A stretch of 64,000 nt of DNA, from assembly GCF_018350175.1 (NCBI RefSeq), contig NC_058370.1, forward strand, positions 100,812,001 to 100,876,000. The letters run 5' to 3'. The translations under genes were made by a program, and so were the position numbers. Of this stretch, positions 1 to 12,470 are shown one piece after another; the stretch's first letter is position 1; each line of letters begins with the position of its first letter. The notes below the pieces were generated by a model. It had not been told where the DNA came from. It saw nothing but the letters and a program-made list of their open reading frames with translations, and did no database searches. The DNA is from Felis catus. Taxonomy: Eukaryota.

Positions 1-469
1 AACAGAGGCACCGGGAGAGAAGCAAGAGAACTGAGACTGGTGGGAGTCTCAGAGGAGAGGGTATCATTTCCCACCAAGGTTAGATCCAAATGAGTGGAAA
101 ATAATAGTCTAACTGTCCAGGGGAGATCTGAGAGCAGAGGAGCTCTGTTCTACCTTTCCCTCCAAAACTCTGGTACCTCACAGGAATTTCTCATGCTCTC
201 ATGCAGTGGGAGCCATAGAGTAAAAATGGGGCATTGGGGTGCCAGGGACATAGAGGTCCTGGGACAACCTCACCTAACTTCCCATGGTTCAAATGGGGGA
301 ACAGCCAGCCACATCTTCCTGAGCCCCTCTCCTCCAGAGAGTACAGAAGTTAAATAAAAAGAGAGAAATGCTAACCTGCATGGTCTTTTGGTCATAAGAA
401 GGGAATGTTGCTGTAGAAAGTGGTGTGAGCTCTATGGCTACAGCCGTATGAAGACCGGGCCAAGAGCCT

Positions 470-885
470 CGCTTTAGTGGATACTGTGGTGCTCCCCCAT
501 ATTTCCTGTCTATGGGATGCACCTCCCTCCCAAATGCTGGGGATACTGGTGGCTGGTCATTCTGCAATGGGAATTTCCCTGGCTGTGGGAAACTGCCCTC
601 TGTGCGGGAGCAGACCGTAGCTAGAGACCGGCTGATGCAGGAATCCAAAGGTCAGACTCCCTTGCTTCAATTTGGAATAATTCTGAAGGATCATTCCAGC
701 TCCAGAACTCCTCCTAGGATGTGCTAAGGCCTCAGCTGCAACCACATTACAGGCTGGCTTCTTTGTCTGTCTGTCCTACCTTCCCCATTCCTTTACAGAT
801 GCACTTCCCACAAATACTTTCCAAAAAACCCTTTGTGTGGGTAGACAGTTGCAGCTCTCCATGTCAGAATGGGAATTTATTCTAG
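470..885 (+). mobile_element. ERVL LTR (LTR16-like)
   Basis: Motifs such as 'gaaggatcattccagctccagaactcc...aggcctcagctgcaaccac' resemble the recalled LTR16 consensus. It is directly followed by an ERVL internal start 'tggtgctgggggtggtcctaggaagc'. Ends approximate. Confidence 0.6.
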
Positions 886-889
886 GGTA

Positions 890-1760
890 ATTGGTGCTGG
901 GGGTGGTCCTAGGAAGCTGACTCTAAAAAGGAATCTGGCAGGGGTGGGTGCCTGGATGGCTCCATTGGTTAAGCATCCGACTTCAGCTCAGGTCATGATC
1001 TCTCAGTTTGAGGGTTCAAGCCCTACATCGGGCCCTGCACTGACAACTCAGAGCCTGGAGCCTGCTTTGAATTCTGTGTCTCCCTCTCTCTCTCTCTCCC
1101 TCCCCTGCTCATGCGTTTGTGCACGCTTTCTCTCTCTCTCAAAAATAAACACTTTAAAAAAATAAAAAGGAATCTGGGAAGTGAATCATTTGTTGGCTAG
1201 CTGGCAGCGAGGACCTCAGTACTAGTGGTTGGTGGAATACAGATAGTCCCTGGCATGCTGTAGCCACGCAACTGTTAAAATTTTCACCAGTGGTGATCTG
1301 GGATGCAATGCCAATAGAAGAGAATACACCAGCAGATCCAATGAACCCAGCACTGGAGGGAGAGGGTGACTGGAAGGACTATGGAATTGGATGACTCTTG
1401 CCGAGAGCATTGAAGTTATTGAAGAGAGAAAACGGCCAGCACAGGGGGTCACTCACCAACTCAAGGTGAAATGTGAAAGCCAGGGGGCCTCCTTGGCAGT
1501 ATTTAAGGAGACTCTAATCTCCTGCAGCCAGAGGGCAGACAGAACAGAAGACCAGACTCCAGCTGTGGACTTAATTGTAATCACGGAGCATCAGAGGATA
1601 CTGGATTCTCAGCCCCCATGGCCTTCTGTATGGCCTCCCACAGTGAGGGGCCTGCCAGGGCAGTATCGGATTCTGAGACTCACGATGGGGATATCTGGGT
1701 AGATGCAGGTGAGAACTTCGAATGCTCGGATTCCCCCAAATGCTTTGCAGAAGTAGCAGT
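890..1760 (+). mobile_element. ERVL internal region with degraded gag relic, interrupted by a SINE
   Basis: ORF 1391-1702 (LAVFKETLISCSQRADRTEDQT...LIV...QR...SQP) resembles ERV-L gag (ALSESLISCRERAEI.E.QTQALI.RVADLQRK...QP). A frameshifted DGDIWVD follows. Confidence 0.6.
941..1163 (+). mobile_element. Can-SINE
   Basis: tRNA-like head, (CT)n and A-tail; TSD aaaaaggaatctgg at 925-938 and 1164-1177. Confidence 0.9.
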
Positions 1761-4103
1761 GAACTTTGGCTTAGCCCTTTAGAGTTCAGTTGAGCAAGAA
1801 TTTTCACGAACAACATCCCGATGCTACTTGTCCCTGAAAATACCCAATGAGATGGGCAAGGCTGGTATTATTTCTCCCATCCTTCAAAGGAGGGGATCGA
1901 GGTTCGGAGTAAGAGATTGAAAGAATGACTCTAACCTGGGACTCTGACACCTACTCTAGTGTTTTTCTCGTGAGGAAGGCAGAGTCAGGCTAAGTGGCCA
2001 TCAATACAGTTGCTTCTGCAACGACACTACACGTCCCAGGCCATTTGCCCTTGGGTTGGCGCCTTGTGACTGAGTTCTCGACAATGGACTATAGACTATT
2101 GCCACTTTCAGAGCTGCCTGCCCGGCCTAAAATACCACCTCTGTGCCATCTCAACTTTCTCTTCTCTACCTTGGTGACTTTGGCTGCTGGATACCTATGC
2201 ATTTATTTGTACAGCTCCTCTGTTTGTGATAGGTAACAAGAAATGAAAGCCAGACGTGGTCAGGAAAAATTAGCACATCATAGGAAGGCACGTATGGGAA
2301 AAATCACTGCAGTGGTGCAAGCGTGAGAAACACTGCATTGTAACCTTCCACGTTTTGATTTCAAACACACGCGTAATCACTGGGGACAAGCGAAAGAGCA
2401 AAGAGCTAAAGGAGCAGGTGAATCTGGGGACTCATGGTGGGAGAACTGCCCTGGAGCATCCTGTTGGAGGCTATAAGGGTGCGTTGGGTGGGATGGAAGG
2501 AGCAGAGCAGGCTGGTCCCACTGACCCAGGAATTAACAACCCATGCAGTTAATGTGTCTGTAACTGTTTCCCATCAGGCCTGGCCCCCAGAATCTGAGTG
2601 AAGTCTCCCTGAGGGCAGAACACATACCTCTCTCTGTCTATGTCTCCTTGGCTGCGGGCCTGGAGCCACACACTCAGGAGGCCTTCAGGAATACCAGGTG
2701 CAGGAATTCTGCAGAAGAGCAGGTAAGGTCTCAGGTATCATCACTCCCTGAGCGCTGATGGGGCCACATGTGGCTGGCAACCCCAGGTAGGCCATCTGCA
2801 GAAGTGCATCTGCAGGTAGGTACGGCTGCGGAAAGCTCTGGGAGGCTGGAGTTTCAGTAGCCTGAGGACACCTCTTTCTCTGCAGCCCATGGCTCCTGCT
2901 GCTCTTGGTGTGTGGGGGAGGGGTGGGGATAGGGAATTTCACAGAGTGGGTCTAGTGGGGAGAGGCTGGCAGGGCGGCAGTGGCAGGGGGACCACTCATC
3001 TCTGCTCTCGGCACCCAGGGCCTCCTGGGCAGCTGCAAGGTGAGGAAATTTGAGAAGAGAAGATTGGGTTTGCTCTCCCCCCTCCGCTCTCTCGTGGCAG
3101 AGCTGGGCAAAAAGAGGCAGGATGCCCTCCCCACACACTGTTACATCATCCTCTACATGCAGGCTACGAGACTTGGCTCCCTGGCTCCCTGAGATGCCCA
3201 TAGGAGTGTGCGATCTAGCGGTGGAGACAGCAGATGAGTCACAATTACACCTTAAGGCAAAGGAAGAAGAACAGAGGCCCCGGGGCAGGGGGAAGGACCA
3301 GACACAAGTGCCATCGTTGGGAGGCAGGCCTGTGAGGTGAGGGCCTTGCCAGAATTGACACAGCGAGATCCAGAGAGCAGCGGGAGGAGGGGCTAAAGGA
3401 ACTCAGCAGCACCTGCAGGACCAACCTGGCTCTCCCCTGGCCTGTTGTCTACTGCAAAAGTGGAAGAATTGTTTCCTTCTTCCCCTTGGACGACACCCCT
3501 TTCCATCTTGTCCCTTCCTGGTTTGCCCAGGCGGCCAAGCTGAGGGGTCCTGCCCGACTTGGCTGCTCTTGAGGCAGAGACAGTCTTAAGAGAGGCCTAT
3601 TTGCTGTCACAGCAGAGGTCACCAAGGGACTATGATGAGGATGCACGAGGGGCAGGGCCTCTGGGAATCAGGCAGGGGACCCCTCCCCAACCCCCCCAAA
3701 CTGAACAGGAAGGAAGAGGTCTGGGAGCCTTGAGCTTTGGTCACTCTCACTCTGCTCCACGTTCCATGAGGTGGTAGCCAGGCCTCAGGAGGATGACTGA
3801 GTATGGGAAAGAGGGAGGCTGAGACTCCAGTAGGGCATTCCCAACCTCAGAAAAGATCCCACAAGTGACCTTCAAACCAAAAGGTACCATATCTGGAAAC
3901 ACTGCAGGCCTGAACAATGAGGATAGTGGCAACTGTTCTACACTGGAGAGTAAGGACCCTTCTCTGATTCTCAGGGCTCCGTACCAGCATTCTGGAGTGC
4001 CAGGACACCCCTGTGCGGGGAGCTCAACAGTGCCCTGAGGGATCCTGTAGAAAGGACTAGGTCTTGGAGCCAGAATTAAATTGATTTAAAGAAAATAAAT
4101 TTA

Positions 4104-4358
4104 GGGGCACCTGGGTGGCTCAGCTGGCCGAGCATCTGACTCTTGATTTCAGCTCAGGTCATGATCTCATGGTTTGTGAGCTCAAGCCCTGCCTCAGGGC
4201 TCTGTGCCGACAGTGCAGAGCCTGCTTGGGATTCTCTCCAACTCTTTCTGCCCCTTCCCAGCTCACTCTTTCTCTCTGTCTCTCGAAATAATAAACAAAC
4301 AAACAAATAAATAAATAAAATAAACATTAAAAGAAAAAACCTAGGCCTTTAAAAAAAA
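4104..4358 (+). mobile_element. Can-SINE with extra 3' tag
   Basis: Head ggggcacctgggtggctcag; TSD aaagaaaa(t/g)aaatttag at 4088-4104 and 4359-4375. Confidence 0.9.
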
Positions 4359-4487
4359 AAAGAAAAGAAATTTAGCCAGCTGAGACTTATACACACCATT
4401 ACATTTGTTTGATTATGTAGCTTCCTCTTTCCTACCTCAGCCCTCTTAAAAGTGGATTATCATTTGCATAAGCTAATGTATGTGTAA

Positions 4488-4533
4488 ACACACACACACA
4501 CACACACACATACACACACACACACACACACAC
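4488..4533. repeat. (CA)n microsatellite
   Basis: Interrupted CA run seen directly. Confidence 0.95.
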
Positions 4534-4559
4534 AAGGTTTCCATATAAACCCATCCCCA

Positions 4560-5690
4560 CACACCCACAGCACCCCCTACTCTCCGTATCCTGCACCAGA
4601 GTGGTACATTTGTAGCAATTAAAGAAACTATATTGACTCATTATTATCACCCAAAGTCCATAGCTTATATCAGGATTCACCCTCGATGTTGTCCATTCTA
4701 TAGGTTTTGACAAATGTATAGTGACATGTATCCACTGTTGTAGTATCATACAGAATAGCCTCATGGCCCTAAAAGTCCTCTGTCCTCTGCCTGTTCATCT
4801 CTCTCACACTGCTCCCCTGCATCGCATTGCAACCCCTGATCTTTTTACTCTTCCCCTAATTTGGCCTTTCCTGGAACATCATATACTTGGAACTGTACAG
4901 AATGCAGCCTTCTCAGACTGGCTTCCTTCACTTAGTAATCTGCATTTAAGGTTCTTCCATATCTTTTCACGGTTTGATAGCTCATCTATTTTAGTGCTAA
5001 ATAATTTCATTGTCTGAATGAACCACACTTTATTTATCCATTTACCACTGAAAGGCATCTCAGTTGCTTCCAGGTTTTGGCAACTGTGTATAAAGCTGTT
5101 ATACACATCTACATGCAGGGTTTTGTGTGAATGTAAGTTTTCAGTTCCTTTGGGTAGAAACCTAGGGGTGCTNNNNNNNNNNNNNNNNNNNNNNNNNNNN
5201 NNNNNNNNNNNNNNNNNNNNNNNNNNNNNNNNNNNNNNNNNNNNNNNNNNNNNNNNNNNNNNNNNNNNNNNNNNNNNNNNNNNNNNNNNNNNNNNNNNNN
5301 NNNNNNNNNNNNNNNNNNNNNNNNNNNNNNNNNNNNNNNNNNNNNNNNNNNNNNNNNNNNNNNNNNNNNNNNNNNNNNNNNNNNNNNNNNNNNNNNNNNN
5401 NNNNGAACCTTTCATATGCTTATTTGTCATCTGTATTTCATTGATGATGTGTCTATTCAGGTCTTTGGCCCATTTTTTAATTGGGTTCATTTTCTTAATG
5501 TTGAATTTTTAAGAGTTCTTTGTATATTTATTTACCTGAAATATCTTTTGCAAATATTTTCTTCAGTCTGGCTGTCTTCTCATCCCTTGACATTGTCTTT
5601 CACAGAACATAAGAACAGAACATTTTCAATTTTGATGAAGTCCAGCTTATTATTTCAATTAGTTCAAATTAGTTTTAATGTATCTTGAGA
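4560..5690 (-). mobile_element. Old L1 3' region (L1MC-like) including ORF2 C-terminal relic
   Basis: Minus-strand translation NPIKKWAKDLNRH...MTNKHMK is L1 ORF2. 3'UTR motif 'gtggtacatttgt...cacccaaagtccata'. Confidence 0.85.
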
Positions 5691-5716
5691 GTCCTTTTTT
5701 GACCTATGTGTTATTT

Positions 5717-5874
5717 TTTCTCTATTTTTTTTAAATGTAACTCATTGTCAAGTTAGCTAACATACAGTGTATACAGTGTGCTCTTGACTTCAGGAGTAGA
5801 TTCCCATGATTCATCGCTTACATACAATACCCAGTGTTCATCCCAGCAAGTGCCCTCTTCAATGCCCATCAGTT
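5717..5874 (-). mobile_element. Short 5'-truncated carnivore L1 3' end
   Basis: L1 3'UTR sequence with a T-rich tail; imperfect TSD gacctatgtgttattt / gatccatgtgttattt at 5701-5716 and 5875-5890. Confidence 0.7.
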
Positions 5875-6219
5875 GATCCATGTGTTATTTAAAAGTGTGT
5901 TGTTTAATCTCCAAGTATTTTGTGATTTTCCAGCTATCTTTCTGTTACTGATTTCTAATTCAATTCCATTGTGATCTGAGAGCATTGTATAGATTCTATA
6001 CTTGTTTTTTAAACTTGTTAAGGTGTGTTTTGGCCCAGAATGTCTATCTTGGTAACTTTAGCACACTTTTTACTTTTTATTATGTGGCAAACATAGTATA
6101 ATAAGTTATATTTTCATCACTCAACTTCAACAATTGTCAACACATGACCAATCTTATTACGTTACTGATTTCTCACTTTCTGGCCGTTTAATTTGATTCG
6201 ATTTGATCTAAGTGTTCAA

Positions 6220-6320
6220 TTTAATTTTTAAAGTAGGCTCCACGCTCAACATGGGACTTAAATTCATGACCAAGATAAAGAGTTGCATGCCCTACAAACT
6301 TAGCCAGTCAGGTGCACCCC
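6220..6320 (-). mobile_element. Short old Can-SINE
   Basis: Reverse-complement tRNA-like head ending 'ccagtcaggtgcacccc'. Confidence 0.7.
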
Positions 6321-7097
6321 TCACCCCCACCCGGCCATTTTAAAGCAAATTTTAGACATGATGGAAGTTTATCCATATATACTTCCATATATATTATAAT
6401 GTAGTCATCACCTTTGTTAATGTGATCCTTTGGAGTTCAACAAAATCAGCCCATACTGAGACCTATTGGTATCCTGCTTTTACCCACCCCACTCCATGCC
6501 CTTACCCTTGGCCAAAGCTAGATAAATCTAATTTGGCTCTGTGCATTGAGAAGATGCCAGAGGCTGGTGATGTAAACATGCCTTTAGGTAGCTATTTTGG
6601 GTGGGTGAGGGACAGTGTTGCAGTTGGGAGTCTGAGTCCAGCTGTCACCACCTGTGAGCCATGTAAACCAGAGCAAGGCATTTAACTTTAGAACAGTGTC
6701 TTAGTTTTCCTCTCTGATTAAATGGAGATCATAAGACCTACTTCACCAAATTGTCGTGAAGCTTAACTGAGATAGTAGAAGTGAAAACCATGTTAGTCAT
6801 TATTATCCTGGTTTATATGGCAACAAAACCATGTTAGGGAAGATTTTCAATTAGCCTTTGGTACAAGAACCTCTTTTGTACACAGGAGAGCCTGTGCCTC
6901 TTTAGAGAAGAGAGTCCAAAACACCCCCACCCCCACCCTCCATGAAACCACAAGCTCCCAGGACACTAATTCTCAGAACAAGGCTGAATTTAGACCCTAG
7001 TAGAGACTGAGTCTTAAACACGAGATACTAGGCAACCCAAACTATCCATCATGAATTGAGGTATTATCTGATCCACTGAGTCATAAAGTTGGCTTTG

Positions 7098-7950
7098 TGA
7101 AGATATCCAGATGGCAAACAGACACATGAANNNNNNNNNNNNNNNNNNNNNNNNNNNNNNNNNNNNNNNNNNNNNNNNNNNNNNNNNNNNNNNNNNNNNN
7201 NNNNNNNNNNNNNNNNNNNNNNNNNNNNNNNNNNNNNNNNNNNNNNNNNNNNNNNNNNNNNNNNNNNNNNNNNNNNNNNNNNNNNNNNNNNNNNNNNNNN
7301 NNNNNNNNNNNNNNNNNNNNNNNNNNNNNNNNNNNNNNNNNNNNNNNNNNNNNNNNNNNNNNNNNNNNNNNNNTACACTACTAGGAATTTATCCAATGTT
7401 CATATCCAATGTTCATAGCTGTGATATCAACAATAGTCAAATTGTGGAAAAAGCCCAATGTCCATCAACTGATGAATGGATAAAGAAGATGTGGTATATA
7501 TATACAATGGAATACTACTCGGTGATGAAAAAAATGAAATTTGTTTTTTCAACAACATGGATGGAACTGGAGAGAATTATGCTAAGCTAAGTGAGTCAGA
7601 AAGACAGATACATGATTTCACTCATATGTGGAATTTGGGAAACTCAGATGAACATAGGGGAAGGCAAGGAAAAAATAAGATACCATCGGAGAGGAAGGCA
7701 AACTGTAAAGGACTCTCAAATACAGAGAACAAACTGAGCATTGCTGGAAGGGGGGTGGTGGGGTTTAAATAGGTGACAGGCATTAAGGACGGCACTTTTC
7801 AGGGTAAGCACTGGGTATCATATGTAAAAGATGAATCACTAGGTTCCACTCCTGAAGCCAAGACTACACTGTATGTTAACTGACTTGAAAATACATTAAT
7901 TAAAAAAGGGTGTAACTGACATACAATAAACTATATATATTTTAAGCAAA
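7098..7950 (+). mobile_element. Carnivore L1 3' fragment
   Basis: MANRHMK...LLGIYP...CPSTDEWIKKMWYIYTMEYYS is the ORF2 C-terminus, followed by the 3'UTR. Confidence 0.9.
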
Positions 7951-8869
7951 ATAATAATAATAATTAAGTTGGCTTTGTTCTCTTGGACTGGCTGCTCACT
8001 GGTTGAGGGGATGTAACTGTGGGCAGTCCCAGCTTTACATCTTGGTAGAATGCAACCAGAGAGGAAATAGGGCTGTTTTCCAAGTTCTAATGAGAAAAAT
8101 CCCACAGAAAAACTCTGTCCAGATCATGTGCCCGTTGCTGGCCCAATCACAATGCCTTAGAAATCAATTCCCAACTTGTGCCACCTACCCTCATTAGTGG
8201 CCAGAAGCAGACTCATGGCTGGGGTGCAAGGATAGTTTCCTAGACGAAGGAGGTTGCTGTTATGGGCAGATGATATAAATAATTATATACCACACAGATA
8301 CATACTAAATTTTGCTATGGAGGCAGTACATGCTTGTGAAATAATTAGTATTTTTTAAATTCTATTTTCATGGTGTCACCAATATATTGTCTTTTACTCA
8401 GAACAAGGTATTTGCTTTTTAATATAAATTAGCAAATAACTTAATTCAAACTCTCAGAAAAAAAGTATTTGATCCTGTTATTTTCAGCAAATTACTGTGA
8501 TTTTACAACTCAGTTCATGTCCATGAGATGAATGTTTGTCATTTACTTTATAGTAAGCTTTATAAAGGGACTTATTAAGCCCTGGCTTAGGGTGAACAAG
8601 ATTTAAATTGCCCTTCTTGCCTACTCTATGGTACATAGAGCTTCTTTCTTTCTGTGGCCACAAATGCCTATAATTCCCAATATTATGTGAGATTGTCAAG
8701 TGAAAAAGTATAGATGGAAGAGAAGACAAAGGAACTCTGCAGGACATTCCCTTCATGGGTGGAGCAAGCAATTGAAGCTAGAGAAAGAAGCAAAGAGGGA
8801 GTTAGAGAAGAAGCAGAAACTGGAGAAACCATGACATAGGCATTAAAGAGGAGTTGTGGGAAGGAGAGT

Positions 8870-9165
8870 AACCTGGAGGCTAGGAAGTCTAAGATCAAGG
8901 TAACGGGAGGATTCAGTGTCTGGTGAGAACTTCTTCCTGGTTCATAGATGGCCTTATTCTCCTTATAACCTTACATTGAAGGAACGTAGAGGGAGCTCCC
9001 TGGGGCCTTTTCTTATACGAGCACTACTCTCGTTCATGAGGGTTCACTCTCAGGACCTAATTGCCTCCCAAAAGCCTCACTTCCAAATACTATCACAATG
9101 GGGATTAGGCTTAAATGTATGAATTGGGGATGGGGTAGGTGCATACCAACATTCAATCTATAGCA
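8870..9165. mobile_element. MaLR LTR fragment (MLT1A-like)
   Basis: 'ctggaggctaggaagtctaagatcaagg...tctggtgag...acattcaatctatagca'. Confidence 0.7.
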
Positions 9166-10029
9166 CACACCATGGCAATGGGCTCCATTATTGGTGATGT
9201 TGAGTTATTTGAGTGTGAGGGAGGTCTTTTTGGAAAACACACCGTGCAACTCACCTTGAGATCAGACAGAACGCCCCTCCCCCCGAGTCTAGACCCTGGA
9301 GAGACTTTCAAATTGAGCATGTGGCTGACAGGCAATTTTTGAGATCCCCTAACTTAGAACAGCATTTCCCTGCTGAGGGGTTAAAGGTTGAATTAGTTTG
9401 CAACTTTTTCAGAGTCCTGCAGCAGCTGTGACTGTGGCCCAGAGGCTGGGGTATTAGGAGTAGGAGACAATGACAGCTATAGTTTGCTGCTAAAAAAGAT
9501 GTTAGACTAGTCAAGGGCCAACATGTCAAGCCAACATGAGCAGGAGGGTCTGGGATAGCCTGGCTCTTCTTTCCCTACCCATAAGGGTCCGGTTCTCCTG
9601 GAAAAGAGTTTTCTGGTCTATGAGACAACTGAGGTTTGGAATCCCTGTCCAAGAAAGCTACACTATGAGCTGGGGCCAGGCTCACAATGGGGTCTGGAGG
9701 TAAATGCATGCTGTGCTTTGCAAGTGTTGTGGCCTTCCAGCCACATGGGCACATGCTGCCCCCATGAAGTCCAGGTATGTGTTCAAAAGGCAGTGAACAA
9801 AGCAGAGAAGAGAACATCACCTTGAGGAAGCCTCCTTCCTGTCTGAAGAAGCAGTAGCATCTCGACCTGCCAGCAACATGACACAGGGACAGCAGGTCCT
9901 CCATCCTGTTCAGGTCATGTGGCAAACCCTACCCCCACCTCCATAGTGTCTGGCAAAATGTTCACGGAAAGGTCAGAAGCTTTCTGTGACATGCTTGGCC
10001 CATGAGCAATACTAACTCTGAGACAATAG

Positions 10030-11150
10030 AAAATATGTATATTAGTCTCTGCCTCTGCTTTCTGGCACAGGGCTCCTAAAACCCTTCTAACTGCCTAAGT
10101 GATAAGAACACTAGGAGCATCATTTGTTCCAATATTTGGTCTTTGACCCTGGTTTCTCCAAAATTTCTTGGGATTCCTGGGTGATAGGAATGTCTTTTGT
10201 TCTAATGCGATGACTCTTGATGGACTCCTTGTTAGGGACTGGTCACCAGAAAGACCAAGCCACAGTTAGAAGCTTGGAATTTTGGGGGCACCTGGGTGGC
10301 TCATTTGGTTGAGCCTGTTATGATCTCATGGTTTGTGGGTTTGAGCCCCACTTCAGGCTCTGTGCTGACAGCTCAGAGCCTGGAGCCTGCTTCAGATTCT
10401 GTGTCTCCCTCTTTCTCTGCCCCTCTCCTGCTCATGTTCTGTCTCTCTCTGTCTCAAAAATAAAATAAACATTTTTTAAAGATTAAAAAAAAGAAGTTTG
10501 GAATTTTCAGCCCCATTCTCCATCTTCCAGAGAGAGAGAGGGGCTGGAAATGGAGGTAATGATTGATCATGCCTATGTGATTAAGCCTCCATAAAATCTC
10601 AAAAATACAGCATTCGGGTTGCTTCCAGATTGGTGAATACATGGAGGTGACAGGAGAATAGTGTGCCTGGAGAGGGCATGGGAGCTCCATGCTCCTTTCC
10701 TGGCCCTATGCATCTGTCCTATCTGGACGTTCATCTGTATCCTTTATCATACCCTTTTATAATAAGCTGGTAAATAGTAAGTAAACTATTTCCCCAGTTC
10801 TGTGAGCTGCTCTAACAGACTAATGGATCCCCAAAAGGGGGTCATGGGAACCTCTGATTTATAGCCCATTGGTGAGAAGCACAGGTGAGAACTTGGACTA
10901 GAGATGGGCATCTGAAGTAGGGTGAGGGCAGTTTTGTGGGACTGAGCCCTCAACCTGTGGGACTCAACACTATCTCCAGGCAGATAGTGTCAGAATGGAG
11001 TTAAATTAAAGGACACAGCTGGTGTCACAGAGTACTGCTTGGAGGGGACAAACTTTTACACACACGTCCAGTGTCAGAAGTGCTGTGAGTATGGTAGCTG
11101 TGTGAGAGCAAAGGAGACACACAGGAGGAAGAGTGAGATTTTTCTACACA
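10030..11150. mobile_element. MER21-like LTR interrupted by a SINE
   Basis: 'ctggcacagggctcctaaaaccctt...ggtcaccagaaagaccaagc...gatcatgcctatgtga...ctgagccctcaacctgtggga'. Confidence 0.7.
10284..10491 (+). mobile_element. Can-SINE (internally deleted head)
   Basis: TSD agaag(c/t)ttggaatttt at 10268-10283 and 10492-10507. Confidence 0.9.
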
Positions 11151-12087
11151 CTAACAAACTACAGTGTGTATGGCCCAGTGTGTATTCCAAAACACTTTCC
11201 TAGGTTTTCTAACTCAATGCCCATGACAACCTTATAATATCAATGTCATTATTACTACTATATGGATGGAGAAAAGGAGGCTTTTATAGGTCAAGTGACT
11301 TGCCCATCTCCAAAAAGCTAAAAATTATCAGAGCTAAAATGCAGACCCTGGTTCCCCTGCCTTATGAAGCTTAGTTAAAATGAGGGGCTTGGGTGAGATC
11401 TGGGGCTACGTGTGCGAGGCTGAGTTCCAAGAGCAATTTTTAATTTGCTGCTTTCTTTTTGATGACAATCTCAAAAAAAAAATTCCTAAACCATTTCTAA
11501 TGACAAATCTTCCTATTTTCTGTGAAAAATCACTGAAGTGTTCATAGAGTAAGACTTTTTAATGTGTTTTTCTCAAACTGGAACAAGGAATCTGTGGGTC
11601 CACAAAACTAGTGTCAGGGGTTTCATGAGATATTTTTTGTGTTTAAAGCAGTTGTAAATAGTATTCAAGTATGAGAAATACTGGATCAGATACTTTCAAA
11701 GGGAGACTCTGGCTCTAACATCTATTTTATAGATTTACTGTGAAGTAGGAGTTGAGTGACTGGTTAGATTCACTCACCATCTATTCACTCAGTCTTTTGT
11801 TTCATTACCCAACGTTAATTGAGTGCCTAGTATGGCTTGGGGCTACAGATGCCAGAAAATAACAGACTCTATTCCTGACTTTGTGGAGCAATGGTCTGTT
11901 AAGTGAGCAAGATGTGAGGAAAAAAGGTACCATAAAAATAAAACGATACAGTGACCTGTGCGCCGCAACATTTACAGTGTTTAGTGACGCACAGAAGGTG
12001 AGGAATTGCTTGTGTTTTAAGAAGAAGTCATTGTTGGGATGAAAGTCACAGGTAGGTCTACCAGGGGGAGCAAAGGATGAGTGGTGT

Positions 12088-12238
12088 CAGGGTCACTAGG
12101 ATGAGGCACTCAGGGGACAAGACTTAAGTCTCCCATGCTCAGGTGTTGAGTCTACATTTGCACGATGACCCTGAGAGGGGGTGCCTCTTTGAATTTTGCA
12201 TCCTAGTTGCTTCAGTCACCTCACCCTAGGCCTGGCCC
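12088..12238. mobile_element. MER53-like palindromic MITE relic
   Basis: Ends 'actaggatgaggc' and 'cctcaccctaggcctggcc'; internal 'tttgcacgatgaccctgagag...gtgcctctttgaattttgc'. Confidence 0.6.
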
Positions 12239-12254
12239 AAGTTACATGGTGGAA

Positions 12255-12470
12255 TTCTTTGTGGCCTCCCCAGATCCCCTTTGTTTGAGCAGGACATCCA
12301 TCCCCTAGCTGCTGTGGAGTCAGCGACTAATAGCTCACGGCAGACCCTCTCTCCAGAGAATTACCTTCAGCCAAATAGAAGTTATATCACTTGTGATATT
12401 ATGCCTCTTTCCCACTCCTGACCCAAGGGCCCCCCACAATTAACACTTACTGGCTTGGAGATACAAAAAG
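12255..12470 (+). mobile_element. LTR16-like 5' fragment
   Basis: 'cccagatccccttt...catcccctagctgctgtg...ctctccagagaattaccttcagcc'. Confidence 0.55.

Noticed and set aside
2685-3932. Cluster of short ORFs in moderately GC-rich unique DNA
   Set aside because: No recognisable protein similarity, CpG island or coherent splice pattern.
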